DNA from: Candidatus Multivorans sp.
Lineage (GTDB): Bacteria; Acidobacteriota; Thermoanaerobaculia; Multivoradales; Multivoraceae
DNA length: 64,000 nt
Assembly: GCA_965224025.1 (NCBI GenBank)
Contig: OZ245033.1
Location: 576,001-640,000, forward strand
Reading direction: 5' to 3'
This document shows positions 19,002 to 27,663 of this stretch, in pieces. The stretch's first letter is position 1, and each line of letters opens with the position of its first letter. Both the position numbers and the translations under genes were made by a program. The notes beneath the pieces were generated by a model. The model saw only the letters and a list, made by a program, of their open reading frames with translations. It was not told where the DNA came from and searched no databases.

Positions 19002-20228
19002 TCAAGGTTCCTGGGTCAGAAACCACGGCAGGACCCTGAAGCCCTTCAGGTCGAAGCTGCCGGCTCCGCCGTGAACCAGAACGCCGCCCCGGTTGGGATT
19101 CGTTGGAATCGAGGTCCACCATTCGAGGGCTGCAACGGCGTCCGCGGCCACGGTGCGGCCCGACTTGACTTCGATCGGAATCAGGCGATCGCCGGCATCG
19201 AGAAGAACATCGATCTCGTGCCCGGCGGCATCTCGCCAGAAGAACAGCGGCGAATCGCGGCGCGTCGCCGAGAACGCCTTGACGAGCTCCGCTACGACGA
19301 AGGACTCGAAGATCGGACCGCGCAGCGGATGGCTCTCGAGCGTCACGCCGTCCCGAATCCCAAGCAGGTAGCAGATAAGGCCCGTATCGAGGAAGTGCAG
19401 CCGTGGACGCTTGCGGAGGCGTTTTCGATAGTTGGCGTGATGGGGAGGAAGCGCGGTAGCCAGGTAGCCGATTTCAAGCGCGTTGAACCAGCGGCGAACG
19501 GTCTGCTGCGTCACGCCGACGTCGCCAGCCAGGCCGCTCAGGTTGAGTTCGGACGCCGTACGAGCAGCCGCCAGCCGCATGAACGTCTCGAACTGCCGCA
19601 GATCGAGCACCTGCGTCACTTCGCGCAGGTCGCGCTCGACGTAGGTACGGAAGTAGTCGGCCAACCACTCGCCGGCCGGGACGCCGCGGTCGTGGATCGG
19701 CGGAAAGAAGCCCGTGACCAGGGTGTCCCAGAGCGCATCCTCGGCCAGCGGCCTGGCCGCGGATGCGTTCGTCCCGCTGTCGCCGTCGGCCGGACGATCC
19801 AGGCTCAGCGGTTCGAGCGCCGGCAGGCCGCGCAACTCCGCCAGCGAGAACGGGTGCAGGACGAGCAACGCCGTCCTGCCCGCCAGCGTCTGCGAAACCG
19901 ACCTGAGAAGGAGGATGTTCTGCGATCCGGTCACGATGAACCGGCCCGCGCGAAGGTCGTCATCGACGAGGCCCTGTACGTAGGAAAGCAGCTCGGGCGC
20001 TCGCTGGATCTCATCGAGGATCATGCGGTCCGCCTGAGCCAGGAAGGCGCGCGGATCCGCGAGGGCCCGCGCGCGCACGTCCGGTGATTCAAGCGACATG
20101 TAGGCGTGTTCGGGGAAGACGGCTCGCACCAAGGTCGTCTTCCCCGACTGCCGCGGCCCGGTCAGCGTCACGACGGGATAGTCCTCCGCGGCGCGTTTCA
20201 ACGCGGGCGTAATGTGTCGGGAGATCAT
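19002..20228 (-). CDS. AAA_14 ATPase with DUF4143 domain
   Basis: GPRQSGKTT, LDEIQR, VTGSQ, LAGR, TYVERD, FLDTGL, FESFV, EID, PIEVK. Confidence 0.9.
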   Translation of the reverse strand: MISRHITPALKRAAEDYPVVTLTGPRQSGKTTLVRAVFPEHAYMSLESPDVRARALADPRAFLAQADRMILDEIQRAPELLSYVQGLVDDDLRAGRFIVTGSQNILLLRSVSQTLAGRTALLVLHPFSLAELRGLPALEPLSLDRPADGDSGTNASAARPLAEDALWDTLVTGFFPPIHDRGVPAGEWLADYFRTYVERDLREVTQVLDLRQFETFMRLAAARTASELNLSGLAGDVGVTQQTVRRWFNALEIGYLATALPPHHANYRKRLRKRPRLHFLDTGLICYLLGIRDGVTLESHPLRGPIFESFVVAELVKAFSATRRDSPLFFWRDAAGHEIDVLLDAGDRLIPIEVKSGRTVAADAVAALEWWTSIPTNPNRGGVLVHGGAGSFDLKGFRVLPWFLTQEP

Positions 20229-20239
20229 GGGGCAGGAGA

Positions 20240-20268
20240 AGTCTGCTTCGCTGTGCTGTTCATGTCAA
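20240..20268 (-). promoter_or_regulatory. sigma70-like promoter
   Basis: TTGACA-N17-CAGACT, 11 nt before the ATG at 20228. Confidence 0.5.
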
Positions 20269-20329
20269 GTCGGTGATCGCATCATCGAAATGACACGGCC
20301 GCGCGGCGCCCCCGAAACGACCACGGAGG

Positions 20330-20364
20330 CGTCCTGCCCTCTTGCCGTCCTGCCCTCTTGCCGT
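20330..20364. repeat. 16-bp tandem duplication
   Basis: CGTCCTGCCCTCTTGC twice, then CGT. Confidence 0.8.
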
Positions 20365-20369
20365 AGCTG

Positions 20370-22244
20370 CTATAGCTTCAGCCGCTCCTCCACCGCGCGC
20401 CAGGCGGCATCGATCGCGCCCTGAACGTAGGCCAGGGCCTCCGCGTCCGAGTTCGCGATGCTGACGCGGCCGAACGGCTTCCGCCCCAGCTCGTGGGGCG
20501 CTTCCCCCGCCGGCCAGGCCGGGTCGTAGAGGTCCATGTAGCCGTAGGCGTAGCCGTGGGGCCAGCGGTTGACGGTGATCGCTTCGACGTCCCGGTCGGC
20601 GTTGAAGCCGAAGTCGCCGAACATCGATGTGAGCTGGCCTTCGACCTGCGTCTCGAACGTCGAGAAGGGCGTATCGAACAGCCTGCGGCGGCCCATGCGA
20701 TAGAGATCCCTCCCGGTCCGGCGCCCATCGTTCTCCGGCGCCGGCGCGTTCCCCAGGAAGACGACGAGCGGCCCGTCGGGATCGTCCGTGGCGCCGTAGT
20801 CACCCAGCGTCACCGGGGGCGCCACCGACACCAGACCGAAGTCGCTGCCGGGACACAGGAACACCGAAGCGCCGGACCCACGCACGGACCGACCGTTGCG
20901 AAGAAGCACGTTCACCCAGGCGAACGGCACCTTCGAGCCGTACTCCAGTTGCTCTCTCTGCGCCTCCGGCAACTCGGGGCAGAGGTGCGGGATCATGCTG
21001 TTGTAGCAGGCGAGGATGCAGTGACGGGAACGCACGCGAAAGGCACGCCCACCAGTCACGTAGGACACCTCGACCGCGTCGCTTCCGGAGTGTTCGACCT
21101 TCACCGCCGTGCTGTTCAGGCGAATCCGAACGGCTGAGTCCTCGCGGTCGAGGGCGGAGTAGTCGAAGCGCGCGGTGACGATGTCCTGCATCGAGCTGCC
21201 AGGTGCTATGGCCGGGACCAGCTTGCGCACGAACAGCCTCGCCACGGACGCGTTGCCATCGGGGAACATGGGGTACCGCGGGGCCGGGTACTGGCTCGGC
21301 TCGTAGGGGCCGGCGGGTTGGCCGGTCAGGGGGTTCGGTCCGGCGACTCCGGTCAGAACCGCCTCCCTCACGGAGACGCTCTCGATGCCAACGCCGAAGA
21401 GCGCCCTGAGCATCGGCGCGAACACCCTTGCCGCGGCCCGCGAGAGGCCGACCCGGTTCGACAGGAAGGTCGCGTAGCTCGTGCTCCGCACGTACTCCAA
21501 CCTCTCCTCGGACGAGAGGCCTTCCAGGAAGTCCCTCTCGCCGCCGGCGAGCTCCCTGAGCTTCCGCGTGTCCCGCTCGGACAGGCCCAGGTCGTCGATG
21601 AGACCCGCCGAGTCTTCCGCGCCGCTCCAGGCCTTGGACCAGTGGCCCACGACGAGCCGACGACGGCCGTACTCCTCCGCGCTGAGGTGGATGCCAGACG
21701 GCGCGCCGGAGTTGGAGAGTAGATAGTCGGGATGCACGGCCTTCTCGAGCTTCTCGAAGTCGACGCCGATCTCTTCGAGCAGTCCATGAGCCCGCGGACT
21801 CATGTAGTCCTGTTCGAGGTTGATGCTTCCACCGAAGCCAAGCAGCATCCGGCCGCCGGCGTGGAACTCGTTGCGCTTGGCGTGCCCGCCGAAGTCGTCG
21901 TGATTGTCGAGAACCAGGATCCTCGCGTCGTCGCCGGCGTGTTTCCGGTAGAGATACGCGGCAGCGAGACCGCTGATTCCTCCGCCCACGACCACGAGGT
22001 CGTACTCCTCGTCCAGGGCGTCGTACCGGTCGGGCCGCTCGCCGCGCCAGGCCAGGGCATGGGCCGCCTCGTAGGAACCCTCGTGACTGCCGCGCATGCC
22101 CGTCAGGGTCGGCGGATAGTAGTCGGGCGCGGCGTCCGAGAGCTGAGCCGCCGCCAGCAGCTCTCGAGGAGAAAGCGTCCCTCCCGCGACGACGGAGAGG
22201 GCGACGCCGTTCAGGAAGTCCCGCCGGGAGATGGTCGGCCGCAT
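20370..22244 (-). CDS. Tat-exported FAD-dependent oxidoreductase (spermidine dehydrogenase-like)
   Basis: ISRRDFLNG, YYPPTLTGMRGSH, VVGGGISGL, DNHDDFGGHAKRNEF, FPDGNAS, ITVNRWPHGY. Confidence 0.85.
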   Translation of the reverse strand: MRPTISRRDFLNGVALSVVAGGTLSPRELLAAAQLSDAAPDYYPPTLTGMRGSHEGSYEAAHALAWRGERPDRYDALDEEYDLVVVGGGISGLAAAYLYRKHAGDDARILVLDNHDDFGGHAKRNEFHAGGRMLLGFGGSINLEQDYMSPRAHGLLEEIGVDFEKLEKAVHPDYLLSNSGAPSGIHLSAEEYGRRRLVVGHWSKAWSGAEDSAGLIDDLGLSERDTRKLRELAGGERDFLEGLSSEERLEYVRSTSYATFLSNRVGLSRAAARVFAPMLRALFGVGIESVSVREAVLTGVAGPNPLTGQPAGPYEPSQYPAPRYPMFPDGNASVARLFVRKLVPAIAPGSSMQDIVTARFDYSALDREDSAVRIRLNSTAVKVEHSGSDAVEVSYVTGGRAFRVRSRHCILACYNSMIPHLCPELPEAQREQLEYGSKVPFAWVNVLLRNGRSVRGSGASVFLCPGSDFGLVSVAPPVTLGDYGATDDPDGPLVVFLGNAPAPENDGRRTGRDLYRMGRRRLFDTPFSTFETQVEGQLTSMFGDFGFNADRDVEAITVNRWPHGYAYGYMDLYDPAWPAGEAPHELGRKPFGRVSIANSDAEALAYVQGAIDAAWRAVEERLKL

Positions 22245-22249
22245 GCCGC

Positions 22250-22696
22250 TCAGTTGCCCTCAGACGCAAGCCACGCCTCGGTCTCGACGACGATCAGCTC
22301 GCGATAGTCGCCCCGCATCTCCCAGGTACCCATGAAGCCCTTGGGCACGAGAAAGGTGTCGCCCGCCTTGTAGGTCGCCTTGTCCCCGTCGACGTGAGTC
22401 AGCGTGACTTCCCCGTCCAGCACCAACACGAACTCGTCATACGGGAACGGAAACGGGATATCCAGGAGAGCCGGCGCCGCGGCGTAGATGGCCACGACCA
22501 CTTCCCCTTGATGGAGGATGCTCTGCCAATGCTCGCTCTTGCCCTCCAGGACCAACTCGGCCGGGAACGGCTCCGCGCTCTCGAGCTGGGCCCGAAGCAA
22601 CTTCCCCGCGTCGAGCGGAAGGATCTCGGGAGCGGCAAACGCCTGCGAGGGCGACAGGATGCACAGCAGGACGGCGAATCGACAGAACACCTTCAT
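22250..22696 (-). CDS. secreted cupin (DUF861/EutQ-like)
   Basis: DEFVLVLDGEVTL...YKAGDTFLVPKGFMGTW; signal peptide. Confidence 0.8.
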   Translation of the reverse strand: MKVFCRFAVLLCILSPSQAFAAPEILPLDAGKLLRAQLESAEPFPAELVLEGKSEHWQSILHQGEVVVAIYAAAPALLDIPFPFPYDEFVLVLDGEVTLTHVDGDKATYKAGDTFLVPKGFMGTWEMRGDYRELIVVETEAWLASEGN

Positions 22697-22779
22697 CAGG
22701 GAGCCTCCAGGTGTGCGCCTGAGCGCAGCGGGAGAATTGTCTGGCGTCAACAAAGGACGACGCACGATATCCAAACCGC

Positions 22780-22850
22780 GGAGCCGGCCTTGCGGCCGGC
22801 GCGTCTACCTGGCCGCCCACGGCGGCAGTCGGCGAGGACGCCGGCGCACC
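22780..22850 (+). repeat. REP/MITE-like copy interrupted by IS110 (continues at 24481-24489)
   Basis: GGAGCCGGCCTTGCGGCCGGCGCGT..CCTGGCCGCC..GGCGGCAG..GCGCACC|CAGTACGGC aligns with 52740-52820. Confidence 0.8.
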
Positions 22851-22864
22851 TGTACCTTTCCGGG

Positions 22865-23140
22865 ATGCATTCTGGCGTGTCGTTGAGAGAGGTGGAATGG
22901 ACCAGTAGCCGGACCGGCAGCTTCCGCAGCCGAGACCGCCGGTCGGTTGCGTCTCCGGCCTGCCGGAGTCACTGAAGGAAAGTCGGCAAGCAGCCAGGAG
23001 CGACCACCGGCGTACTGTGCTTCGAGCACCTGGCTGGGACCCGTGCCCTGGCTGCTTTGCCGCGTTGGACGCCCAGTGGAGAGTCAGTGCCTTAGAGCAC
23101 CAGTACAGGTACGGGCAGGCAACGCGGCATGCCGACCAGG
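22865..23140 (+). ncRNA. putative IS110 bridge RNA
   Basis: 5' stem-loop 22914-22966; target loop closed by CAGCCAGG/CCTGGCTG with guides 23007-23015 and 23034-23038; donor loop closed by CGCGTTG/CAACGCG with guides 23076-23085 and 23103-23109; boundaries approximate. Confidence 0.8.
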
Positions 23141-23171
23141 CAACACTACCGCAAGGGAGAAGGAGGACGAG

Positions 23172-24424
23172 ATGATCAGGACGTGGTTCGCCGGCGTGGA
23201 CTGGGGGTCCGAAACCCACCATGTGTGTTTGCTGGATCGGGACGGCAAGGTGAGGGGGGAGCGGGCGTTCGACCACAGCGGCAAGGGACTTGCCGCCATG
23301 GCCGACTGGCTCCTTGGACATACCCGACCGACGTCTCCGGACGAGATCGGCGTCGCCATCGAGGTGCCGCACGGACCGGTGGTCGAGACTCTCCTGGAGC
23401 GGGGCTTCGCCGTGCATTCGATCAACCCCAAGCAGCTCGACCGCTTCAGGGACCGCTTCTCCGTCGCCGGCGCCAAGGATGACCGCCGCGATGCACGGGC
23501 GCTCGCCGCCGCGCTTCGCACCGACCCCGAGTGCCTGAACCGCGTGCAACCATCCGATGCAGCCATCGTGATGCTGCGCGAGGTGTCCCGCGGCCGCAAG
23601 CAGTTGGTCGGCCAGAAGAACCGCCTGGAGAACCAGGTCCGCGACCAGCTCTGGCGCTACTACCCGCAGTTTCTCGCCGTGGTCAAGAACGAGGTGTCGG
23701 CGCCCTTCGCGCTGGCCTTGTGGCGACTGGCGCCGACCCCCGGCAAGGCTCGACGGCTGCGCGAAGCCACGCTCGCCAAACTGCTCAAGGAACACCGCAT
23801 CCGGCGCCTGACCTCCGCCCAACTGCGCGATCAACTGCGGGCCGAGCCGATCGCCGTTTCCCCGGACACCGTTAAGGCCGCCGTCGAACACATAGGACTC
23901 CTCCGGCCGGTGCTCGACACCGTCTGCCGCCAACTCGCCGACGCCGACAAGCGGCTGGAGCGGATGACCCGCGCACTCGAGGCCCCGGCCCAACGGGAAA
24001 ACGACGACGACTCCCCTAAGCCGAGCGACGCCGCCATCCTCAGGTCGCTGCCCGGACTCGGCAAGGTCGGCCTCGCCACCCTGCTCTCCGAGGCCGATCA
24101 AAGCCTGGGCCGCAGAGACCACGAGGCACTGCGTTGCCTCTGCGGAGTGGCGCCGGTGACCGTCAAGTCCGGCAAGAAGCTCATCGTCATGCGACGACTC
24201 GCCGCCAACGAACACCTCAGCGACGCCGTCTATCACTGGGGACGAGTCGCCATCCAGCATGACCCGATCAGCCGCGCCAAGTACGACGCCATGAAAGCCC
24301 AGGGAAAAACGCACGGACGCGCCATCAGACAACTCGTCGACCGACTCCTCGGCGTCGCCTGCGCCATGCTCCGAGGCCGACTCTCTTCGACCCCAACAAG
24401 CGATGCCATGCCCAGGTCGCATGA
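23172..24424 (+). CDS. IS110-family DEDD recombinase/transposase (1-nt frameshift near the C-terminus)
   Basis: AGVDWG, AIEVP, AKDDRRDA, SLPGLG, CGVAPVTVKSGK; RBS AAGGAGG; a typical tail TLFDP...* lies in the shifted frame at 24380-24424. Confidence 0.9.
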
Positions 24425-24459
24425 CCTCCCTGACCCGCAGCAGCCTCCCCAAAACACAC

Positions 24460-24465
24460 TTGCTA
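24460..24465 (+). promoter_or_regulatory. -35 half of the IS110 circle-junction promoter
   Basis: TTGCTA in the right end lies exactly 17 nt from TACCTT (22853-22858) when the ends are joined through one CC core. Confidence 0.75.
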
Positions 24466-24566
24466 AAGGGTGGAGAGTCCCAGTACGGCCCGTCGACGTT
24501 TGTCTGACGCACAACAGCCGCTCGATAGAGATAGCCTCGTTCATTCAAAACCGAAGGAGAACTCCC

Positions 24567-25481
24567 ATGAGCCATCGAGTCGTTCGTCTCTCCGGATCCC
24601 TGGGCGCCGAGGTCCACGATCTGCCGCTGGCCGAGGTCGGCCCCGACGAGGCCGCGACGATCCGGGCGTTGCTGCTGGACCACCAGGTCCTGTTCTTTCC
24701 CGACCAGCACCTGACCGTGGAGCAGCACGTGAAGTTCGGGCAGCACTTCGGCGAGCTCGAAGGGCACCCGCACCTGAACAACCCGTTCCTCGACCACCCC
24801 GAGGTGTTCGAGCTGGTGGCGACCCGCGGTGGCGTCGCCGACGAGTGGCACAGCGACATCAGCTTCCAGGAGAGCCCGTCGGTGATGGCGATCCTGAACA
24901 TGGTCAAATGCCCCGAGGTCGGCGGCGACACGATGTGGGCGAACATGTACAAGGCGTACGAGGAGCTGTCGCCGCCACTGCAGGAACTCTGCGAGGGCCT
25001 GACCGCGCTCCACGACGCGACCCCGCACGGCAAGCCGGAGAGGATGACGATCCACCCGGTAGTCCGGGTGCACCCGGAGACCGGCCGCAAGTCGCTGTTC
25101 GTCAACGAGCACTTCACCCGCCGCATCGTCGAGCTCAGCCACGAGGAGAGCGACCACCTGCTCGGCTACCTGACCCGCTGGGCGACGAAGACGCGCTTCA
25201 CCGTCCGCTACCGCTGGCAGCAGGGCACCCTCGCCATGTGGGACAACCGCTGCACCCAACACTTCGTGCTGAACGACTTCGACGAGGAGCGGATCATCCA
25301 GCGGGTCACCGTGATGGGCGACGAGGTCGAGGGAGCGAGCGAGCCCCGCTGGGCGCCCTACGTGCGCGCCCGGCACGCCGGCGCCACCAGCCGCTACGAC
25401 CGGCAGCTCAACAAGTACCTCAAGCGCACCGTCCAGTCGCTTGAGTCGAACGCAAAGAAGGAAGTCGCGCTGGAGATGTAG
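24567..25481 (+). CDS. TauD/TfdA-family alpha-ketoglutarate dioxygenase
   Basis: LGAEV, WHSD, GGDTMWAN, HPVVRVHPETGRKSLFVN, WDNRCTQH; own RBS AAGGAG. Confidence 0.92.
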   Translation: MSHRVVRLSGSLGAEVHDLPLAEVGPDEAATIRALLLDHQVLFFPDQHLTVEQHVKFGQHFGELEGHPHLNNPFLDHPEVFELVATRGGVADEWHSDISFQESPSVMAILNMVKCPEVGGDTMWANMYKAYEELSPPLQELCEGLTALHDATPHGKPERMTIHPVVRVHPETGRKSLFVNEHFTRRIVELSHEESDHLLGYLTRWATKTRFTVRYRWQQGTLAMWDNRCTQHFVLNDFDEERIIQRVTVMGDEVEGASEPRWAPYVRARHAGATSRYDRQLNKYLKRTVQSLESNAKKEVALEM

Positions 25482-25484
25482 GGC

Positions 25485-26546
25485 GTGCGAGCACTCACCG
25501 CCCTGCTTCTCACCGTTGCCTTCGGCCCGGGCCTGGCGCAGGGCCAGCCCGCCGAACAGTGCACCCCCGAAGGCGCAAGCACCCAAATGCCGCGCAGCGC
25601 CAGCGCTTACGCGGCGATGTGCGAGCCCCACCTGGGCGTGGCGCCGACCGTCGACTGCAGCCAGGGCGCGCGCATCCGCATCCGGCAGGATGGCCAGGAA
25701 ATCTTCGAGGACCCGGGGCTCCACGCCTGCGACGACGGCAGCCTCCAGATCGGCGACTGCATGCCGGGCTCGAGCCTTCAGCGCCACGAGGGCAGGAACG
25801 CCGACGGCACCCCGCGTCCCGAGGTCGTCTGGGTGAGCTTCTGCCGCCACGACGGGCGGGACGATGTCTTCAACGTCGACATCGGCGACTCGGTCCAGAT
25901 GATCGGCTACAACGTCGAAACCGGCGCCACCTGCTTCTTCGAGTCAGGCGACAACAGCCCCTGGACCCACATCGGCGAGAACAACCGGCTGCTCGGCGTA
26001 TTGCCGAGTCCCGACGACCCGGAGTTCGACGACGCGTACGTCCCTGCTGGAGCCATCCAGTGCGTCCGCTGCCACCAGGCGGACCCGTTCATCCACAACC
26101 CCTGGATCAAGTCGGCGCGACTTCCCGAGAATCCGCGCCAGCCCGTCGTCCCGGTCCTTCCCGGTCCGAACCCGCCCTACTACGTCGTCGGCGCTCCGAC
26201 CTGGGACATGCGGACGATCCACATCGAGGGCAACGGTTGTCTCGGCTGCCACCGGGCCGGCATGGAGACGCTGGAGGAGTTCACCGGTGACTTCTGGGAC
26301 CCCAACGAGCACATGCCGCCCCACGATCCGGGCTCACTGACCGCGGACCTCGAGGCGCTCCAGCAGTGCTGGACCGACGGCCCGGAGAACACTCCCGGCT
26401 GCGAGTGGGTCGTTCCACCGGCCGGCGAGTGCAGCGGCGGCGGCGTGGGGCCGGACTATCCCCACGCGGCCAAGGGCTTCAATCGCGGTCCCAAGAGTAG
26501 GGGGCACGGCTCGGGCAAGCGCTGGATGAAGCAGGAAGAGAAGTAG
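25485..26546 (+). CDS. secreted Cys-rich protein with two CxxCH motifs (putative diheme cytochrome c)
   Basis: Signal peptide; CVRCH and CLGCH; 3 bp downstream of the TauD-family gene. Confidence 0.7.
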   Translation: MRALTALLLTVAFGPGLAQGQPAEQCTPEGASTQMPRSASAYAAMCEPHLGVAPTVDCSQGARIRIRQDGQEIFEDPGLHACDDGSLQIGDCMPGSSLQRHEGRNADGTPRPEVVWVSFCRHDGRDDVFNVDIGDSVQMIGYNVETGATCFFESGDNSPWTHIGENNRLLGVLPSPDDPEFDDAYVPAGAIQCVRCHQADPFIHNPWIKSARLPENPRQPVVPVLPGPNPPYYVVGAPTWDMRTIHIEGNGCLGCHRAGMETLEEFTGDFWDPNEHMPPHDPGSLTADLEALQQCWTDGPENTPGCEWVVPPAGECSGGGVGPDYPHAAKGFNRGPKSRGHGSGKRWMKQEEK

Positions 26547-26569
26547 CGGCCGGTCTGGCGGGAGCCGGT

Positions 26570-27430
26570 CAGGACGAGGAGCCAGCGAAGTCGCCGACGC
26601 CAGCGCGCAGGCGAGCGCCCGCCCCGGCTGTCCGGGCGCCTCCGCCCACCGGGCCGCGACGTGCCCGTCCGGCCGCACGAGCAGAGCGCCCGACTCGGTG
26701 ACACCCAGCAAGACTCGGATCTGATCCGGGTCCCTGGGGCTGATCGGCGCGTGGGCCAGCAGGGACGATCCGAGTTCGTCGACGTGCGCCCGCCAGGCGC
26801 CCGGGTCGACGGTCACCAGGACGAACCCGGTGCCGACGAGGTCGAGACTGCTGCGTCCGTCGGTCAACCACAGGTGCGGGAAGCGATGGCCCGGCCGGCC
26901 AGTGGGCACGTAGTCGATCACGGGATCGGGCGGCCGCGGCGCTGGCGCGCCGTCGGGGACCATCGCGGGACCGCCGTAGGCGTAGCCGAGTTCAAGGCCG
27001 GCGAAGTTGCCGTAGCGCACCGCGGCGCGCACGGCGTCCGCCGGCGAGAGTCCGCCCGCGTGGTTGCCGGTGGCGGCGGCCGACACGCCGCCCACGAGTC
27101 GCGAGTTGTCGAGCGAGCGAGCGGTGTTCTCGACCGCCACCGGTCGCCGCTCGACCTCGTAGGTGTCGTGAAGCGACGGCGAGGCAACGCCGCGGAGCAC
27201 CAACGCGAGCTTCCAGGCCAGGTTGTCGATGTCCTGCAGCCCGGTGTTCATCCCGAAGCCGCCGGTGGAGGCATCTGATGCGCGGCGTCCCCGGCCAGGA
27301 ACACGCGGCCTCGCCGAAAGTGCTTCGACACGGTGGCGTACATGGTCCAGTAGTTGAACGACAGGATGTCGAGCTCGGGGACGCTGCCGGCCACCGCCTC
27401 GCGGATCCAGTTCGCGCACCACGCCGGGTC
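26570..27430 (-). pseudogene. FAD-dependent monooxygenase (FAD_binding_3) C-terminal remnant
   Basis: GRVFLAGDAAH, frameshift near 27265, GGFGMNTGLQDIDNLAWKL, DTYEVERRPV, RPGHRFPH, LLVRPDGHVA; no N-terminal GxGxxG region. Confidence 0.75.
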
Positions 27431-27543
27431 GACCTTCGCTCGCTCCCGATCCGTGCCGCCGAAGGGAATCTGGCTGAGCCACCGTCGCCGGCCGTCGGGG
27501 ACAACGGCCGACCTGATCGCTCGGCGCGACCAACTGCTGGGCG

Positions 27544-27557
27544 CCGGCGCACCCAGT
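27544..27557 (+). repeat. short REP-like copy identical to the reconstituted IS110 target
   Basis: CCGGCGCACCCAGT, 14/14 match to 22841-22850 + 24481-24484. Confidence 0.65.
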
Positions 27558-27663
27558 GTGCGTAGATGTCGTTACTCGTCCTCGCCGTCGTCACCAGGGA
27601 CGTACCAGATCGGCGACGACCACGCCCGCTCCTGGATCGTGGCCGGCAGGCCGGGCTTCGGCG

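Larger units (their letters stand above)
22849..24480 (+). mobile_element. IS110-family insertion sequence with CC core and 5' non-coding end
   Basis: CC at 22849-22850 and 24479-24480; removing the element reconstitutes the repeat (CCGGCGCA-CC-CAGTACGG); no terminal IRs; about 320 nt upstream non-coding region. Confidence 0.9.

Noticed and set aside
23091-23096. CTTAGA loop in the bridge RNA equals the IS1634 TSD
   Set aside because: A 6-mer identity is expected by chance and there is no mechanistic link between the two elements
22947-23171. N-terminal 75 codons of the 844-aa ORF as protein-coding
   Set aside because: Lies over the structured non-coding end of IS110; the real start has an AAGGAGG RBS before ATG 23172
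24460-24490. Hybrid promoter from the IS110 right-end -35 driving the TauD-family gene
   Set aside because: The flank at 17-18 nt spacing reads GTACGG/TACGGC, which lacks the conserved final T of a -10 box
22437-25850. 1137-aa minus-strand ORF and many other long overlapping ORFs (for example 7389-9308, 44101-46092, 47390-49426, 54279-56390)
   Set aside because: Shadow frames of real genes, expected in high-GC sequence; no protein motifs
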